Of a stretch of DNA of 64,000 nucleotides, positions 28,440 to 38,368 are shown piece after piece. Origin of the DNA: Candidatus Latescibacterota bacterium (GTDB lineage: Bacteria > Latescibacterota > UBA2968 > GCA-2709665). Numbering within the stretch: position 1 is the first letter of the stretch; each line of letters starts with the position of its first letter. The notes beneath the pieces were generated by a model. It was not told the origin of the DNA. It worked only from the letters and a program-made list of their open reading frames with translations, and did no database searches. The DNA lies in NCBI GenBank assembly GCA_965208835.1, contig OZ242358.1, positions 2,656,001 to 2,720,000 of the forward strand, in the 5' to 3' direction. The position numbers were made by a program, and so were the translations under genes.

Positions 28440-29759
28440 TCATCTTTTCTTCTTGAACACGATCCGTACCGGAGTCCCCTCCAGTTCGAACCGCTCCCGC
28501 AAACGGCGTTCCAGATACCGGCGATAGTGTTCAGGCACGTCTTTCGGTCTCGTGGTAAAGAAAATCACCGTGGGCGGCTCCACCACGGGTTGAACACAAT
28601 AATACATCTTCGACGCCCGTCCCCTCCTGGTGGGCGGCGGATGGGATGCGTTGACTTCCTCCAGGAGTCGATTCAGGGCCGACGTGGCGATTCGCATGCG
28701 GCGCCTGTCGTAAACCTCAAGCGCCGTTTCCACAAGCTTCCAGGCGCGTTGGCCGGAGAGCGCCGAGACGAAAAAAACCGGAAAGTCCCGCAGCGAAGGA
28801 AACCGTCCGACAATGTCCCGTTTGTGTACGATCGCCGTCTTCTCGTCTTTATCAATCAAATCCCATTTGTTCATCGCCAGCAGCGCGCCTTTGCCCATTT
28901 CGGCGGCGTCACCGAGTATCTTGACGTCCTGCAGTGTGACACCTTCATTCGCATCGGCGAGGACGATGGCGACGTCGCACCTGTCCAGGCTTGTTCTGGT
29001 CCGTACCGAACTGTAATATTCGACCTGCTCCTTCACCCTCGTGCGGCGGCGAAGTCCCGCGGTATCGATCAGCAGGAGATCGCGTCCGTTTCGCTTCATC
29101 GGAAGGTCGATCGCATCACGCGTCGTGCCGGGTACAGGGCTGACCACCATCCTCTCTTCACCGGCCAGCCGATTGACAAAGGTGGACTTCCCGACATTGG
29201 GCCGGCCTACGACCGCAATACGTGGCGGGCCGTCATCCTCTTCGGCGGAAGGATCGGCTTCCGGTATGAGAGAAACCACTTCGTCCAGAAGATCGCCGGA
29301 CTTCCGCCCGCTCAACGCCGACACGGGAACGGGATCGCCAAGCGCCAGGCCGTAGAAGCCGGACACGTCCGGTTCGTCCCTCTCCGAATCCACTTTGTTG
29401 ACGACAGGCAGGCACGGTGTACCGTTAAGGCGCACAAGACGGGCAATGGCCGCGTCGTCGTCGGTCGGACCGGTCCGGGCGTCCATCACCAGCAGGATCA
29501 CATCCGCTTCCGCCACGGCCAGCTCCACCTGGTCCCCGACGGACCGAGCGATGCCCGCCTCGGGATTGAGCGTATAGCCGCCGGTATCCACCAGCGTGAA
29601 GACCCGGCGGTTCCAGTAAACCTCCGCGTAGTTTCGATCCCTGGTCACGCCGGGCAGATCGTCCACGACGGCCCGCCGCTGACCCAGAAACCGATTGAAG
29701 AGCGTGGATTTTCCGACGTTTGGCCGGCCGACTATCGCTACGACACGTTGCTTCGGCAC
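28440..29759 (-). CDS. der: Ribosome biogenesis GTPase Der (EngA)
   Basis: Two GTPase domains (GRPNVGKS twice, DTGG/DTAG, NKVD/NKWD) and a KH-like C-terminus; GTG start inferred. Confidence 0.96.
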   Translation of the reverse strand: MPKQRVVAIVGRPNVGKSTLFNRFLGQRRAVVDDLPGVTRDRNYAEVYWNRRVFTLVDTGGYTLNPEAGIARSVGDQVELAVAEADVILLVMDARTGPTDDDAAIARLVRLNGTPCLPVVNKVDSERDEPDVSGFYGLALGDPVPVSALSGRKSGDLLDEVVSLIPEADPSAEEDDGPPRIAVVGRPNVGKSTFVNRLAGEERMVVSPVPGTTRDAIDLPMKRNGRDLLLIDTAGLRRRTRVKEQVEYYSSVRTRTSLDRCDVAIVLADANEGVTLQDVKILGDAAEMGKGALLAMNKWDLIDKDEKTAIVHKRDIVGRFPSLRDFPVFFVSALSGQRAWKLVETALEVYDRRRMRIATSALNRLLEEVNASHPPPTRRGRASKMYYCVQPVVEPPTVIFFTTRPKDVPEHYRRYLERRLRERFELEGTPVRIVFKKKR

Positions 29760-29784
29760 AAGAAAGGCTCCCAGGCCTGCCGCG

Positions 29785-31200
29785 TCAGGCCACCTGATGC
29801 GGCAATATATATGGATGCTGCGTCGCCATCGGATCGCCGGACGCGCCCGGGCGGGCATCCCCACGTGCGATCCGAGCCGCCGTTTCGGCAAGATCGTATG
29901 TACCAATGCTGAACCGGCACTTCAGGGCCTGTTCCAGATCGTTCGGGGTCAGGTCGTCGAGAAACAGGCCGTGATGGCTTATGCAGTTGGGCGGCAGGAC
30001 CACGACGTCGGTTTCCCGCCACTGCGTCTTGAGGGCATGCAGCATATCCTCGCCCGTCAGCAGTCCCGATACCGTAATACCCTCACCCAGGAAACGGTTC
30101 TTCACCTCCACGACATGCGCGGTCAACCAGGGGATCCGGTTCAGACGCTCCGCCATTGGCCGGATGAATCCCGCGCCAAGCACACTCGTGACCATCGTCA
30201 TTGAAATTCGGTTGCAGTTCAGCGATTTCAACGCGGGGAAGCCCGCCTCGAAGCGATCCGTGAACCGCCGTACCATGCCAACGCCGTTCTCCACAAGAGG
30301 AAACCCGTCGTAGTGCGCTGCCTCGGGAATTCCGCGTCCCGCCATCAGGTAGAACTCGTCTCCGAAATAGACGAAATTGACGCCGAACCTGCGGTGAAGC
30401 CTGCCCTGCCACGCCCTGGCCTGGTCCAGGCACGACAGCGCGACTTCGGGGGTTACCGGGTCCAGACTCGGCAGATTCCGTCGGTACCGGGTCAGGCCCA
30501 GCGGAACGATGCCCACAGACGCTACCGAAGGATACCATTGGGCCAGATCGAATACGGTGCGTTTGAGGTGCTGTCCGTCGTTGAGTCCCGGGCACAGAAC
30601 AACCTGCGCGTGCATCTGAATGTTGTGTTTCGCCAGGAAACCGATACGCTCCATGACGTCCACCGGCTCCGTACGTCCCAGCAACGTACCCCGGAGATCG
30701 GGATCGGTGGCGTGGACCGAAATATACATGGGGCTGAGTCGCTGTTCGACAATTCTCTGAAACTCCGCATCGGACAGATTCGTGAGCGTGACGTACGCAC
30801 CGTGCAGGAATGAGAGTCTGTAATCGTCGTCCTGGTAGTAGAGGGTTTTGCGCATCTTTCTGGGCATCTGGTGGAGAAAACAGAATACGCACTTGTTGTT
30901 GCATTTGATGATGGGCATTTCTGAAAGGGTTACGCCAAGGTCATCGTCCGCGTCCTTTTCGATATCCACCACGATGACGTCTTGCCCGCGCCGGAGCACC
31001 ACCTCCACCGTCTCTTCCGCGATGTGAAAGCGATAATCGATGGGATCGCGTACGGATTCCCCGTTGATGGCCTCGATGACGTCCCCTTGACGGATGCCGA
31101 CAGCCTCTCCGATACCTCCGGAGGCCACCGCATCCACGCCGAGCCCCACAACCGCCTCATCCACCTGAGGCAAACCCTCTATCTGACCTGGCCTATTCAT
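29785..31200 (-). CDS. PDZ + radical-SAM-like DUF512 protein
   Basis: N-terminal PDZ-like segment, CNNKCVFC motif, DDDYRLSFL, ENGVG, VSGLLTG; located upstream of der. Confidence 0.9.
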   Translation of the reverse strand: MNRPGQIEGLPQVDEAVVGLGVDAVASGGIGEAVGIRQGDVIEAINGESVRDPIDYRFHIAEETVEVVLRRGQDVIVVDIEKDADDDLGVTLSEMPIIKCNNKCVFCFLHQMPRKMRKTLYYQDDDYRLSFLHGAYVTLTNLSDAEFQRIVEQRLSPMYISVHATDPDLRGTLLGRTEPVDVMERIGFLAKHNIQMHAQVVLCPGLNDGQHLKRTVFDLAQWYPSVASVGIVPLGLTRYRRNLPSLDPVTPEVALSCLDQARAWQGRLHRRFGVNFVYFGDEFYLMAGRGIPEAAHYDGFPLVENGVGMVRRFTDRFEAGFPALKSLNCNRISMTMVTSVLGAGFIRPMAERLNRIPWLTAHVVEVKNRFLGEGITVSGLLTGEDMLHALKTQWRETDVVVLPPNCISHHGLFLDDLTPNDLEQALKCRFSIGTYDLAETAARIARGDARPGASGDPMATQHPYILPHQVA

Positions 31201-31392
31201 ATGACGATATATCTAACTGTTAGAGAATAAAGTGCACAAAATACTTACACTATTACTTTGAAGTTAAAACAAATGTGGAAAACGTCAAGCAAAATGTCTG
31301 GAACCGCTGGCATTTTCGAACCCGGCCAACAGCGACGGGCAGGCGCCACCACGCCCACCAAACGTATCGGATGTGTGAATCCGCCTCCCCTT

Positions 31393-31935
31393 TCAATCTT
31401 TCGCCGGGGCCAGCAGCCGGGGTCTATGGATAGCGACCTGTTTCTTGACGAGCGGGTCCAGATCGATGACGCCACGCAGGGTTCGTGCCTCCAGGACCTG
31501 CCGTGCGGTCAGCCCCTCCGCCCCGGTGAACGTGGTACTGCGGAGGTCCGTGTTGTGGAACACGGCGTTATCAAGGTCCGTTTCCTTGAGGGAGCCTTCG
31601 CTCAGATCGCAGTCGGTAAAGTCGGCGCCTGCAAGTACCGCCCCGTAGAGGTTCACACAGTTCAGGTTGGCCCGGCGGAAGGTGGCATTCAGAAGATAGG
31701 CATCGCTCAGGTCTGTGTGGTCCAGCACGGTGCCGTCCAGGTTCGCGCCGACGAGCGTGGCGGAGCTCAGATTCTCGTAGCTCAGGTCCATTCCGCTGAA
31801 ATCCACACCGCTGAGGTCTTCGTAGCTGAAATCGGCGCCAGACACATCGGGCGTGAGTTCCCGGTTCTCCGCCCGCCAGCCGTTCCAGGCCTGAACGCTC
31901 TTCCTGATGATGTCCAGATGATCAGGATCCGCCAT
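31393..31935 (-). CDS. Pentapeptide repeat protein
   Basis: Runs of A(D/N)LxG-type pentapeptides; N-terminal WNGWR. Confidence 0.9.
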   Translation of the reverse strand: MADPDHLDIIRKSVQAWNGWRAENRELTPDVSGADFSYEDLSGVDFSGMDLSYENLSSATLVGANLDGTVLDHTDLSDAYLLNATFRRANLNCVNLYGAVLAGADFTDCDLSEGSLKETDLDNAVFHNTDLRSTTFTGAEGLTARQVLEARTLRGVIDLDPLVKKQVAIHRPRLLAPAKD

Positions 31936-31965
31936 GGTTCAATTGCCCTGCATGTTTTAACGGGC

Positions 31966-32865
31966 TTACGTCGTGAGCGTATTGACGAAATGACTGACGA
32001 AGCGCTCGGAATCCACATCTACGCAAACCTCCGCGTTCGCCTCGAATTCATCGGACCGGACCCGTACCGTCGCGCCGTTGAGCCAGGCTGAACGCGTTTC
32101 GACGTGAATGGCGCTCGACCGGGTCACGCAGAACGTGGGGTCGAACACCATCGCTATGGCGAGAGGATCGTGCAGAATGGGATGCTCCCGCCCGGAATCC
32201 TTCCTCCACAACTGAATCAGATCGAAGCACAGCCGGTTGATTGGCCGGTCCACCGATCCGATCGCCTGTACCTGCGCGTTATCCAGACGGCACGCTTCGG
32301 TCACGTCGAGGCCCACCATGGTGATCGTAACTCCGGCGCCGAACACCACGTGCGCCGCTTCTGGGTCGCAGAGGATATTCCACTCGGCGATCATCCGCCC
32401 CACACATCCGCCCATCAGGCAGATTGTCGTCTTCTGTGCAAGCCGCGGCTCCACCGTCAACGCGGCGGCGATATTCGTCAGTGGGCCTATCGGTACAAGC
32501 GTGATGTCGCCATCGCCGCCCATCAGCGTATCGACGATGTAGTCGACCGCACGCCCCTCGGCCGGTCGCGAGGGTCCCGGGTATTGCCGGATGGCCTCCA
32601 TCTGCCGCGGTCGATGCGTCTCTATGGCGGCCCGGCCCTTCGAAGCGTCGTCGAACAGCGGCTTGCCGAGACCCGAGTAGACGGGAACGTCGCCCCTCCC
32701 AAGCGCGTCGAGGACGCAACACGCCAGCTCAGCGCGCCGCGCCGTGTCGCGGAACACGGTGGTCACACCAACAAGCTCGATCTCCCCGCAAAGCAGGGCG
32801 AACGTCAGCGCCAGCGCGTCATCGATGTCGTCGCCAATATCCGTATCGAGGATGATCTTCTTCAT
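31966..32865 (-). CDS. Nucleoside hydrolase (IU-NH family)
   Basis: IILDTDIGDDIDDA, GPLTNIA, EWNILCDPEAA, LHDPLA. Confidence 0.92.
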   Translation of the reverse strand: MKKIILDTDIGDDIDDALALTFALLCGEIELVGVTTVFRDTARRAELACCVLDALGRGDVPVYSGLGKPLFDDASKGRAAIETHRPRQMEAIRQYPGPSRPAEGRAVDYIVDTLMGGDGDITLVPIGPLTNIAAALTVEPRLAQKTTICLMGGCVGRMIAEWNILCDPEAAHVVFGAGVTITMVGLDVTEACRLDNAQVQAIGSVDRPINRLCFDLIQLWRKDSGREHPILHDPLAIAMVFDPTFCVTRSSAIHVETRSAWLNGATVRVRSDEFEANAEVCVDVDSERFVSHFVNTLTT

Positions 32866-32955
32866 TTGCCTCGTCTCTCACATCCAATCTCCTGATGGTC
32901 GCGTTTGACGCCCGTGTAATCGCTCGTTGGCATGTACCGATGGACAGACATTCGC

Positions 32956-34134
32956 TCACACCCCCACCGGCATCTCCCCTGCTTTGCGATCCGGACCCGG
33001 CCGGAAGTCCGGAACCTTCATGAGCTTGCCCCCTTCGACGATCGAATCGTGCGCCCGGATGGCGGGTGCGGTCGTATCCATTGCCCTGTAGACGTCCAGC
33101 GGCAGCGGCTTTCCGTCGCGTACGGCGTCCCTGAAGTGATGTTGGACGTAATAGTCGGCATCGCCGTGGCCACTGCCTTGAGCGCCTGAAGGGGCATCCG
33201 TACGCTGGTACTGCCAGTCCACCTCCGCCCAGTCGTTCATCTGCGTATCGGCGAGCCACATCTTCGGCTTCTCGTTGAGCGACCGCCGCCACTCGACGCT
33301 GCCCTTCGTGCCGATGAACTGCCACCAGTGGTGGTCGCCGTGCGGCCTCGGCTGGGTGAATCCGCACAGCATCCGGATCACCGTGTCCTTCTCCGTCTTC
33401 ATCAATGCGACCTGCATATCCGCGCGTGAGATTCGGGGCCAGGCGTAGCTGGGCTCCTTCGTGCTCATCCCCACAACCTCAACGACCCGGTCGTCCAGAA
33501 CCGTCAGCACCACGTCCATATCGTGTGAACCGATACCTCCGATGATCACGGGAAGTGAATGCAGCACCGTGGGTTCGGCTTCCGGATGGTCAGGCAACGC
33601 CTCGATGGGATACTGTTTTCCGGTCCTGAAATCCTGGAAGTACTGATGGGTACCGTACCACCCCACATACTGGCCCTCGGCATAGGTAATCCTGCCCAGC
33701 CGTCCCTCCGAGACCAGCTGCCGCCAGCCTTCGACCACACCCCAGAACCGCGTCTGCTCGGCCAGGCTATATACGAGGCCGGTCCGCTCCACGCCGGCCA
33801 CGATCCGCCAGCAGTCCGCCATCGTATACGCCGCGGGCACCTCGGAGTTTACGTGCTTCCCCGCCTCCAGCGAACGCGCCGCCATCTCCCCCACTTCCTT
33901 CCGCCTCACGCACAGGCCGACCGCGTCCATCCCATCGCACGTCAGGAAGTCCTCGTAATCTGAGAACACCCTTACATCGCCGCGGCGGCCGATGTGCTCC
34001 AGCGCGCGCTCCTGAAGGGGCTCGATCCAGTCGTAGATCGCCGTAATCCGGTAGCCCGGGATCGCCTGCAAAAGACGGATCCAGTGCAGCCCGCGATGGC
34101 CCAGACCGGCGATCCCGATTCGCACGTCGTCCAT
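32956..34134 (-). CDS. Gfo/Idh/MocA family oxidoreductase
   Basis: RIGIAGLGHRG Rossmann fold, GKHVNSEVPA, GHGDADY. Confidence 0.88.
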   Translation of the reverse strand: MDDVRIGIAGLGHRGLHWIRLLQAIPGYRITAIYDWIEPLQERALEHIGRRGDVRVFSDYEDFLTCDGMDAVGLCVRRKEVGEMAARSLEAGKHVNSEVPAAYTMADCWRIVAGVERTGLVYSLAEQTRFWGVVEGWRQLVSEGRLGRITYAEGQYVGWYGTHQYFQDFRTGKQYPIEALPDHPEAEPTVLHSLPVIIGGIGSHDMDVVLTVLDDRVVEVVGMSTKEPSYAWPRISRADMQVALMKTEKDTVIRMLCGFTQPRPHGDHHWWQFIGTKGSVEWRRSLNEKPKMWLADTQMNDWAEVDWQYQRTDAPSGAQGSGHGDADYYVQHHFRDAVRDGKPLPLDVYRAMDTTAPAIRAHDSIVEGGKLMKVPDFRPGPDRKAGEMPVGV

Positions 34135-34145
34135 TGTGTTCCACC

Positions 34146-35249
34146 TTACCGCTGACCTGAAACCCGAACCGGGCCGATAAACAACTCGTCCGGCAACAGG
34201 CTCGTGGTCACGATCGAATGGGGGTGGTCGAAGCCATCGGTGGTGACCTGCGCCATTGCCGTGTAATGCGTGCTTTCTCCACTGACGCCGCAGCGGTTTC
34301 CACCGCTGTGTCCCCTCAGCCAGTCCGGATCGACCAGTTGCTCGCCCTCCCACTGCCCCCGCGTCGCCAGCAGATGGCCGAAGCGGGCGATATCAGACGG
34401 GCTCATCACCACCCAGCCCGGACCGCTTCGTACCACGTGACCGTTGATTTCATACGGCGGATCCAGATACGTGTACGAATCCGGAATGGCCGGATAGAAG
34501 AACTTGCTTTCACTCATCGTCCTCCCGGTATACCAGTCCCACCGCTTTGCCGGAATCCCTATCTTTCGGAACAGCCGCTCGTCCAGCACCGCTTTCAGGT
34601 CCCGGTTCCACACGCAGGTCAGAGCCTGGCCAAGCCGCCAGAACCCCGCGCTGCTGTAATGCTCAACCGTCCCGGGTTCAACGTGAGAATAGAGATCATA
34701 AAACGGATCCCCGGTCCAGGTCGCCCATGCCGGCCACAATGGGTCCGCCCCCGCGCTGCCGCGCCCCTCACGCCCCTTCGACCACACGCTTCCCAGTTCC
34801 ATGGGGAAGCCCCCCTGGTGGGCGCTCTTCTCCTTCGTGCCGATGAGGTGGCGCCAGGTAAGCGTCCGGTGGTGTCCCTGGTCCAGGTATTTGTGAGGAT
34901 GCGACAGTTCGCCTTCGCCCGTCCAGGTTCTGTGGATTGGCTCATCCGGATCCAGCATCCCCTCCTCCACCGCAAACCCGATCAGCACCCACATGAACGC
35001 CTTGCCCATCGAGGCCGTCTGGAACCGGTAATGGCGATCGCCCCAGGCGTGCACCAGGTACCCGCCGCGTGTGAGCACCGTGCCCCATTTATTGCCTGTG
35101 TGGTCCTCGCCGCCAAACGACGCGCCCTTTATTTCCAGGCCCGATAGAAAGCGTTCGAACTTCTCCACGTCCAGACCGGCTTCAGCGGGCGTGATCTCAA
35201 CCCACTCGTCCCGTGGATATGTCACCCACTCCGGGATCTCACGTTCCAC
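34146..35249 (-). CDS. Serine hydrolase, beta-lactamase-like fold
   Basis: SxxK (ASMGK), YSS, DIARFGHL..GQWEG, HSG. Confidence 0.75.
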   Translation of the reverse strand: MEREIPEWVTYPRDEWVEITPAEAGLDVEKFERFLSGLEIKGASFGGEDHTGNKWGTVLTRGGYLVHAWGDRHYRFQTASMGKAFMWVLIGFAVEEGMLDPDEPIHRTWTGEGELSHPHKYLDQGHHRTLTWRHLIGTKEKSAHQGGFPMELGSVWSKGREGRGSAGADPLWPAWATWTGDPFYDLYSHVEPGTVEHYSSAGFWRLGQALTCVWNRDLKAVLDERLFRKIGIPAKRWDWYTGRTMSESKFFYPAIPDSYTYLDPPYEINGHVVRSGPGWVVMSPSDIARFGHLLATRGQWEGEQLVDPDWLRGHSGGNRCGVSGESTHYTAMAQVTTDGFDHPHSIVTTSLLPDELFIGPVRVSGQR

Positions 35250-35365
35250 GTTTTCGTCTCCACTAATGAATGTCTACGTCACCTTTGCATGGGTAACAAC
35301 AAAAGCGGCCATTCAAACATAAATGTCAAATGGCCATTGGTTGCACGATAAAAGCGATATTTTAG

Positions 35366-35441
35366 TGGAGCGGGAAACGGGACTCGAACCCGCGACATCA
35401 AGCTTGGGAAGCTTGCGCTCTACCAACTGAGCTATTCCCGC
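35366..35441 (-). tRNA. tRNA-Gly(CCC)
   Basis: GCGGGAATAGCTCAGTTGGTAGAGCG-CAAGC-TT-CCC-AA-GCTTG-ATGTCGCGGGTTCGAGTCCCGTTTCCCGCT-CCA, 76 nt cloverleaf with encoded CCA. Confidence 0.97.
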
Positions 35442-35471
35442 CCCCGTCGACGTCGAAAACTACCATCTCCA

Positions 35472-36413
35472 TTAATGCGTGTCAAGGAATTTGAGGATGG
35501 TGGCCGGCGCATCGACCCGGCCGGCATCGATCCACGTCAGACGCGTTTCCTTGCGGAACCAAGTAAGCTGGCGTTTGGCATAACGCCTGGTTCCCATCTT
35601 GATCTGCGCCGCGGTTTCAGCCAGATCCATTTCGCCGTCCAGATGATCGAAAACCTCCCGGTATCCGAAGGTATTGAGCGCGTTGAGCTCACGGCTGTAA
35701 CCGCGGCGTTCCAGTTCCCGGACTTCGTCCACGAGTCCGGCCGCGATCATCCGGTCCACTCTTTCTTCGATCCTCCGGTAAAGCATCTCCCGGTCCATTT
35801 CCAACCCGAACCACTCGACGCGCCAGTCTTCTGCCCGTTTCGTGGGCTGCTGGTGAAGCACCGAGAGCGGCGTCCCTGTCAGTTCGAAGACCTCCAGCGC
35901 GCGTACGATTCGCTTGGTATCGTTGGCGTGCAAACGTCCGGCCGTCACGGGGTCGACCTCGCGCAGCCTCTGATAGATTCCCGCCGGATCTTCCTGCGCC
36001 GCATCCAACAAACGTCCTCGGACCGCCGGCGGAGTACGCGGGAGCGGTGAGAACCCGTCGAGCGTCGCCTTCAGATACAAACCCGACCCGCCGACCAGGA
36101 TCGGAACGCGATTCCGGTCCAGAATCGACGCGATCGCCGCGGTCGCATCGATCGCGTAGTGCCCGGCGCTATAGGTCTCATCGGGGTCCACGACATCGAG
36201 CATATGGTGCCTCGCGAGAGCGCGCTCTTCCGTCGTGGGTTTGGCGGTACCGATGTCCAAATACCGGTAGACCTGACGCGCATCGCCGGAAACCACTTCA
36301 CCGCCAAGCGCCCTCGCCAGGGCGATGCCAACCCGGGTCTTTCCGGACGCGGTGGGGCCCGCCAGCGCCAATACCCGGCGCCGGCTATCTGTTGAATTGC
36401 CGATCGAGTTCAT
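35472..36413 (-). CDS. miaA: tRNA dimethylallyltransferase
   Basis: GPTASGKT, DIGTAKP, VGGSGLY, YAKRQLTWF. Confidence 0.96.
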   Translation of the reverse strand: MNSIGNSTDSRRRVLALAGPTASGKTRVGIALARALGGEVVSGDARQVYRYLDIGTAKPTTEERALARHHMLDVVDPDETYSAGHYAIDATAAIASILDRNRVPILVGGSGLYLKATLDGFSPLPRTPPAVRGRLLDAAQEDPAGIYQRLREVDPVTAGRLHANDTKRIVRALEVFELTGTPLSVLHQQPTKRAEDWRVEWFGLEMDREMLYRRIEERVDRMIAAGLVDEVRELERRGYSRELNALNTFGYREVFDHLDGEMDLAETAAQIKMGTRRYAKRQLTWFRKETRLTWIDAGRVDAPATILKFLDTH

Positions 36414-38217
36414 CCAGAGACATCTTTACCACGGTTGGCCTGCCCTGCGGGCAAACGAACGGTTCGCGCGTGGCGAACAGCCGATCGATCAGCGCCCGCA
36501 TCTCCCTCGCGGACAGCCGCTCTCCCGTACGGATGGCGGTGTGCCGGGCGTAGGCGGCGGCCAGTCTGTGCTCAAGCGGAGAAAACGCCTTTTGACCGCC
36601 TGCCGGGACGGAAGATTGGCGCTCCCGTTCGCCAAGCTCGTCCACGATTTCCTGCAGAAGCCGGCCGTCTTCCCATACTTTGAGTTCCACGGGAATGGCA
36701 TCCACGACCACGGTGTTGGCGCCAAAATCCCTTATGCCGAAGCCCATGGCTTCCAGCAGCGGCATCGCCTCTCTGACCCTGTGGATCTGCCGCAAGCCGA
36801 AGTCAAGCGTGACGGGAAACAGAAGTCGCTGACCCAATCCGGCGTTGGATTCGAAAAGACTCAGCGTCTGTTCGTAGATCATCCGCTGATGAGCCAGGTG
36901 TTGATCCACAAAAATCAGGCCGTTCTTGATATGCGCGAGGACATATCTGTCGTGTACCTGCCAGACGGGGACCTGATCGACCGTTTCTTCGTCCGCCAGG
37001 TCTGTATCCGCAGCGCTGTCGGTTTGTTCCCTGCGCCCTCCGGCCGTCTTCCTCACGGTCAGTGAAAGCGCCATCTGCACGTCTTCCAGGCCCAGGGGCT
37101 CCGAAAGGTAGGCCTCCTGCTCCACCGGCGCGTCCGCAATGCCACCGGCCAGGTCCGGCGTTGCCTGCGCGGCCGCCCCCGCCGGAATCGCGGGTGAGGC
37201 GATGCCGTCGGCCACTTCCGGAACCAGGTCCTCCTCCCTCAACCCCGCTCGCACAACTTCAGCAACCGCGCTGTAAACCTTGGTTTCGTCCGCAAAACGC
37301 ACCTCGCGCTTGGCCGGATGCACATTGACGTCGAGACGTGAGGGATCCAGATCCAGAAGAAGCGCAAAAGCGGGATGGAAACCCTTCACGAGCAGTCCGC
37401 CAAAGCCATCGTGTACGGCGAACGTCACCCCCCTGTCTCGCACCCAGCGACCGTTGACGACCGTTGCCTGCTGCGCGCCCGACTTTCGCGCCAGTTCCGG
37501 CCTGCCGGCGAACCCCCAGACCCGAACACCGTGCCGTTCACCATCCAGAAAAACGGCGTCGCGGCCGAACCGAACGCCGAATACCGCCTCAAGGCGGTGT
37601 TGGCGCTCGGACCTGGCCAGGTTCAGGATTTCGCGCCCATTGTGAGAGAGCACGAATGCAACGGAGGGATAGGCCAGCGCCAGGCCCGTCAGTGCGTCCG
37701 ACACGTGTTTGAATTCGGTCTCGACGCCCTTCAGAAACTTTCGCCTGGCGGGTACATTGAAAAACAGGCCGTGAACGGCGACCGTTGTCCCCCGGTCCCG
37801 GCCTGTTGACGAAACGTCGCGCACCCGGCCGCTTTCGACCCGAACGCGTGTACCCTGCAACTCCTCCGAATCGCGGGTTTCGATAACCATTCGTGACACC
37901 GCAGCAATACTCGGCAGCGCCTCCCCGCGAAACCCGAGCGTACGCAGCGTGCGAAGGTCGGATAGATCGGCAATTTTGCTCGTGGCGTGACGTTCCAGGG
38001 CCAGCAACGCGTCTTCACGAGACATTCCGCAGCCGTTGTCACTGACCCGGATGGTTTCTTTGCCGCCGCCGGATACTTCAGCGACGATGCGGTCCGCCCC
38101 CGCATCGATCGCGTTTTCCACCAGTTCCTTAATCACAGAGCCCGGGCGCTCGACGGCTTCACCCGCGGCGATTCGATTGGCAATTTCGTCGGATAGAATC
38201 CGGATCCGGTCTGGCAT
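36385..38217 (-). CDS. mutL: DNA mismatch repair protein MutL
   Basis: IAAGEAVERP, KELVENAIDA, GFRGEAL, DVNVHPAK; endonuclease-like DQHLAHQR and CPQGRP. Confidence 0.96.
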   Translation of the reverse strand: MPDRIRILSDEIANRIAAGEAVERPGSVIKELVENAIDAGADRIVAEVSGGGKETIRVSDNGCGMSREDALLALERHATSKIADLSDLRTLRTLGFRGEALPSIAAVSRMVIETRDSEELQGTRVRVESGRVRDVSSTGRDRGTTVAVHGLFFNVPARRKFLKGVETEFKHVSDALTGLALAYPSVAFVLSHNGREILNLARSERQHRLEAVFGVRFGRDAVFLDGERHGVRVWGFAGRPELARKSGAQQATVVNGRWVRDRGVTFAVHDGFGGLLVKGFHPAFALLLDLDPSRLDVNVHPAKREVRFADETKVYSAVAEVVRAGLREEDLVPEVADGIASPAIPAGAAAQATPDLAGGIADAPVEQEAYLSEPLGLEDVQMALSLTVRKTAGGRREQTDSAADTDLADEETVDQVPVWQVHDRYVLAHIKNGLIFVDQHLAHQRMIYEQTLSLFESNAGLGQRLLFPVTLDFGLRQIHRVREAMPLLEAMGFGIRDFGANTVVVDAIPVELKVWEDGRLLQEIVDELGERERQSSVPAGGQKAFSPLEHRLAAAYARHTAIRTGERLSAREMRALIDRLFATREPFVCPQGRPTVVKMSLDELDRQFNR

Positions 38218-38368
38218 GACGAAACGCCCGCCATTTCCGCATTGACAGAAAAAACTCGGACTAACGCGGTTCAGAATTGACTTCGCCGCATCCCTCGGAA
38301 TCCCGGAAGCAAGACGCCAGAGTACCACAGGCCGCCCGCCTCACGAACGCGCATTCGCACCCCCTCCG

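Noticed and set aside
31201-35441. Integrative element or prophage at tRNA-Gly
   Set aside because: No integrase, phage genes or duplicated tRNA 3' end was seen.
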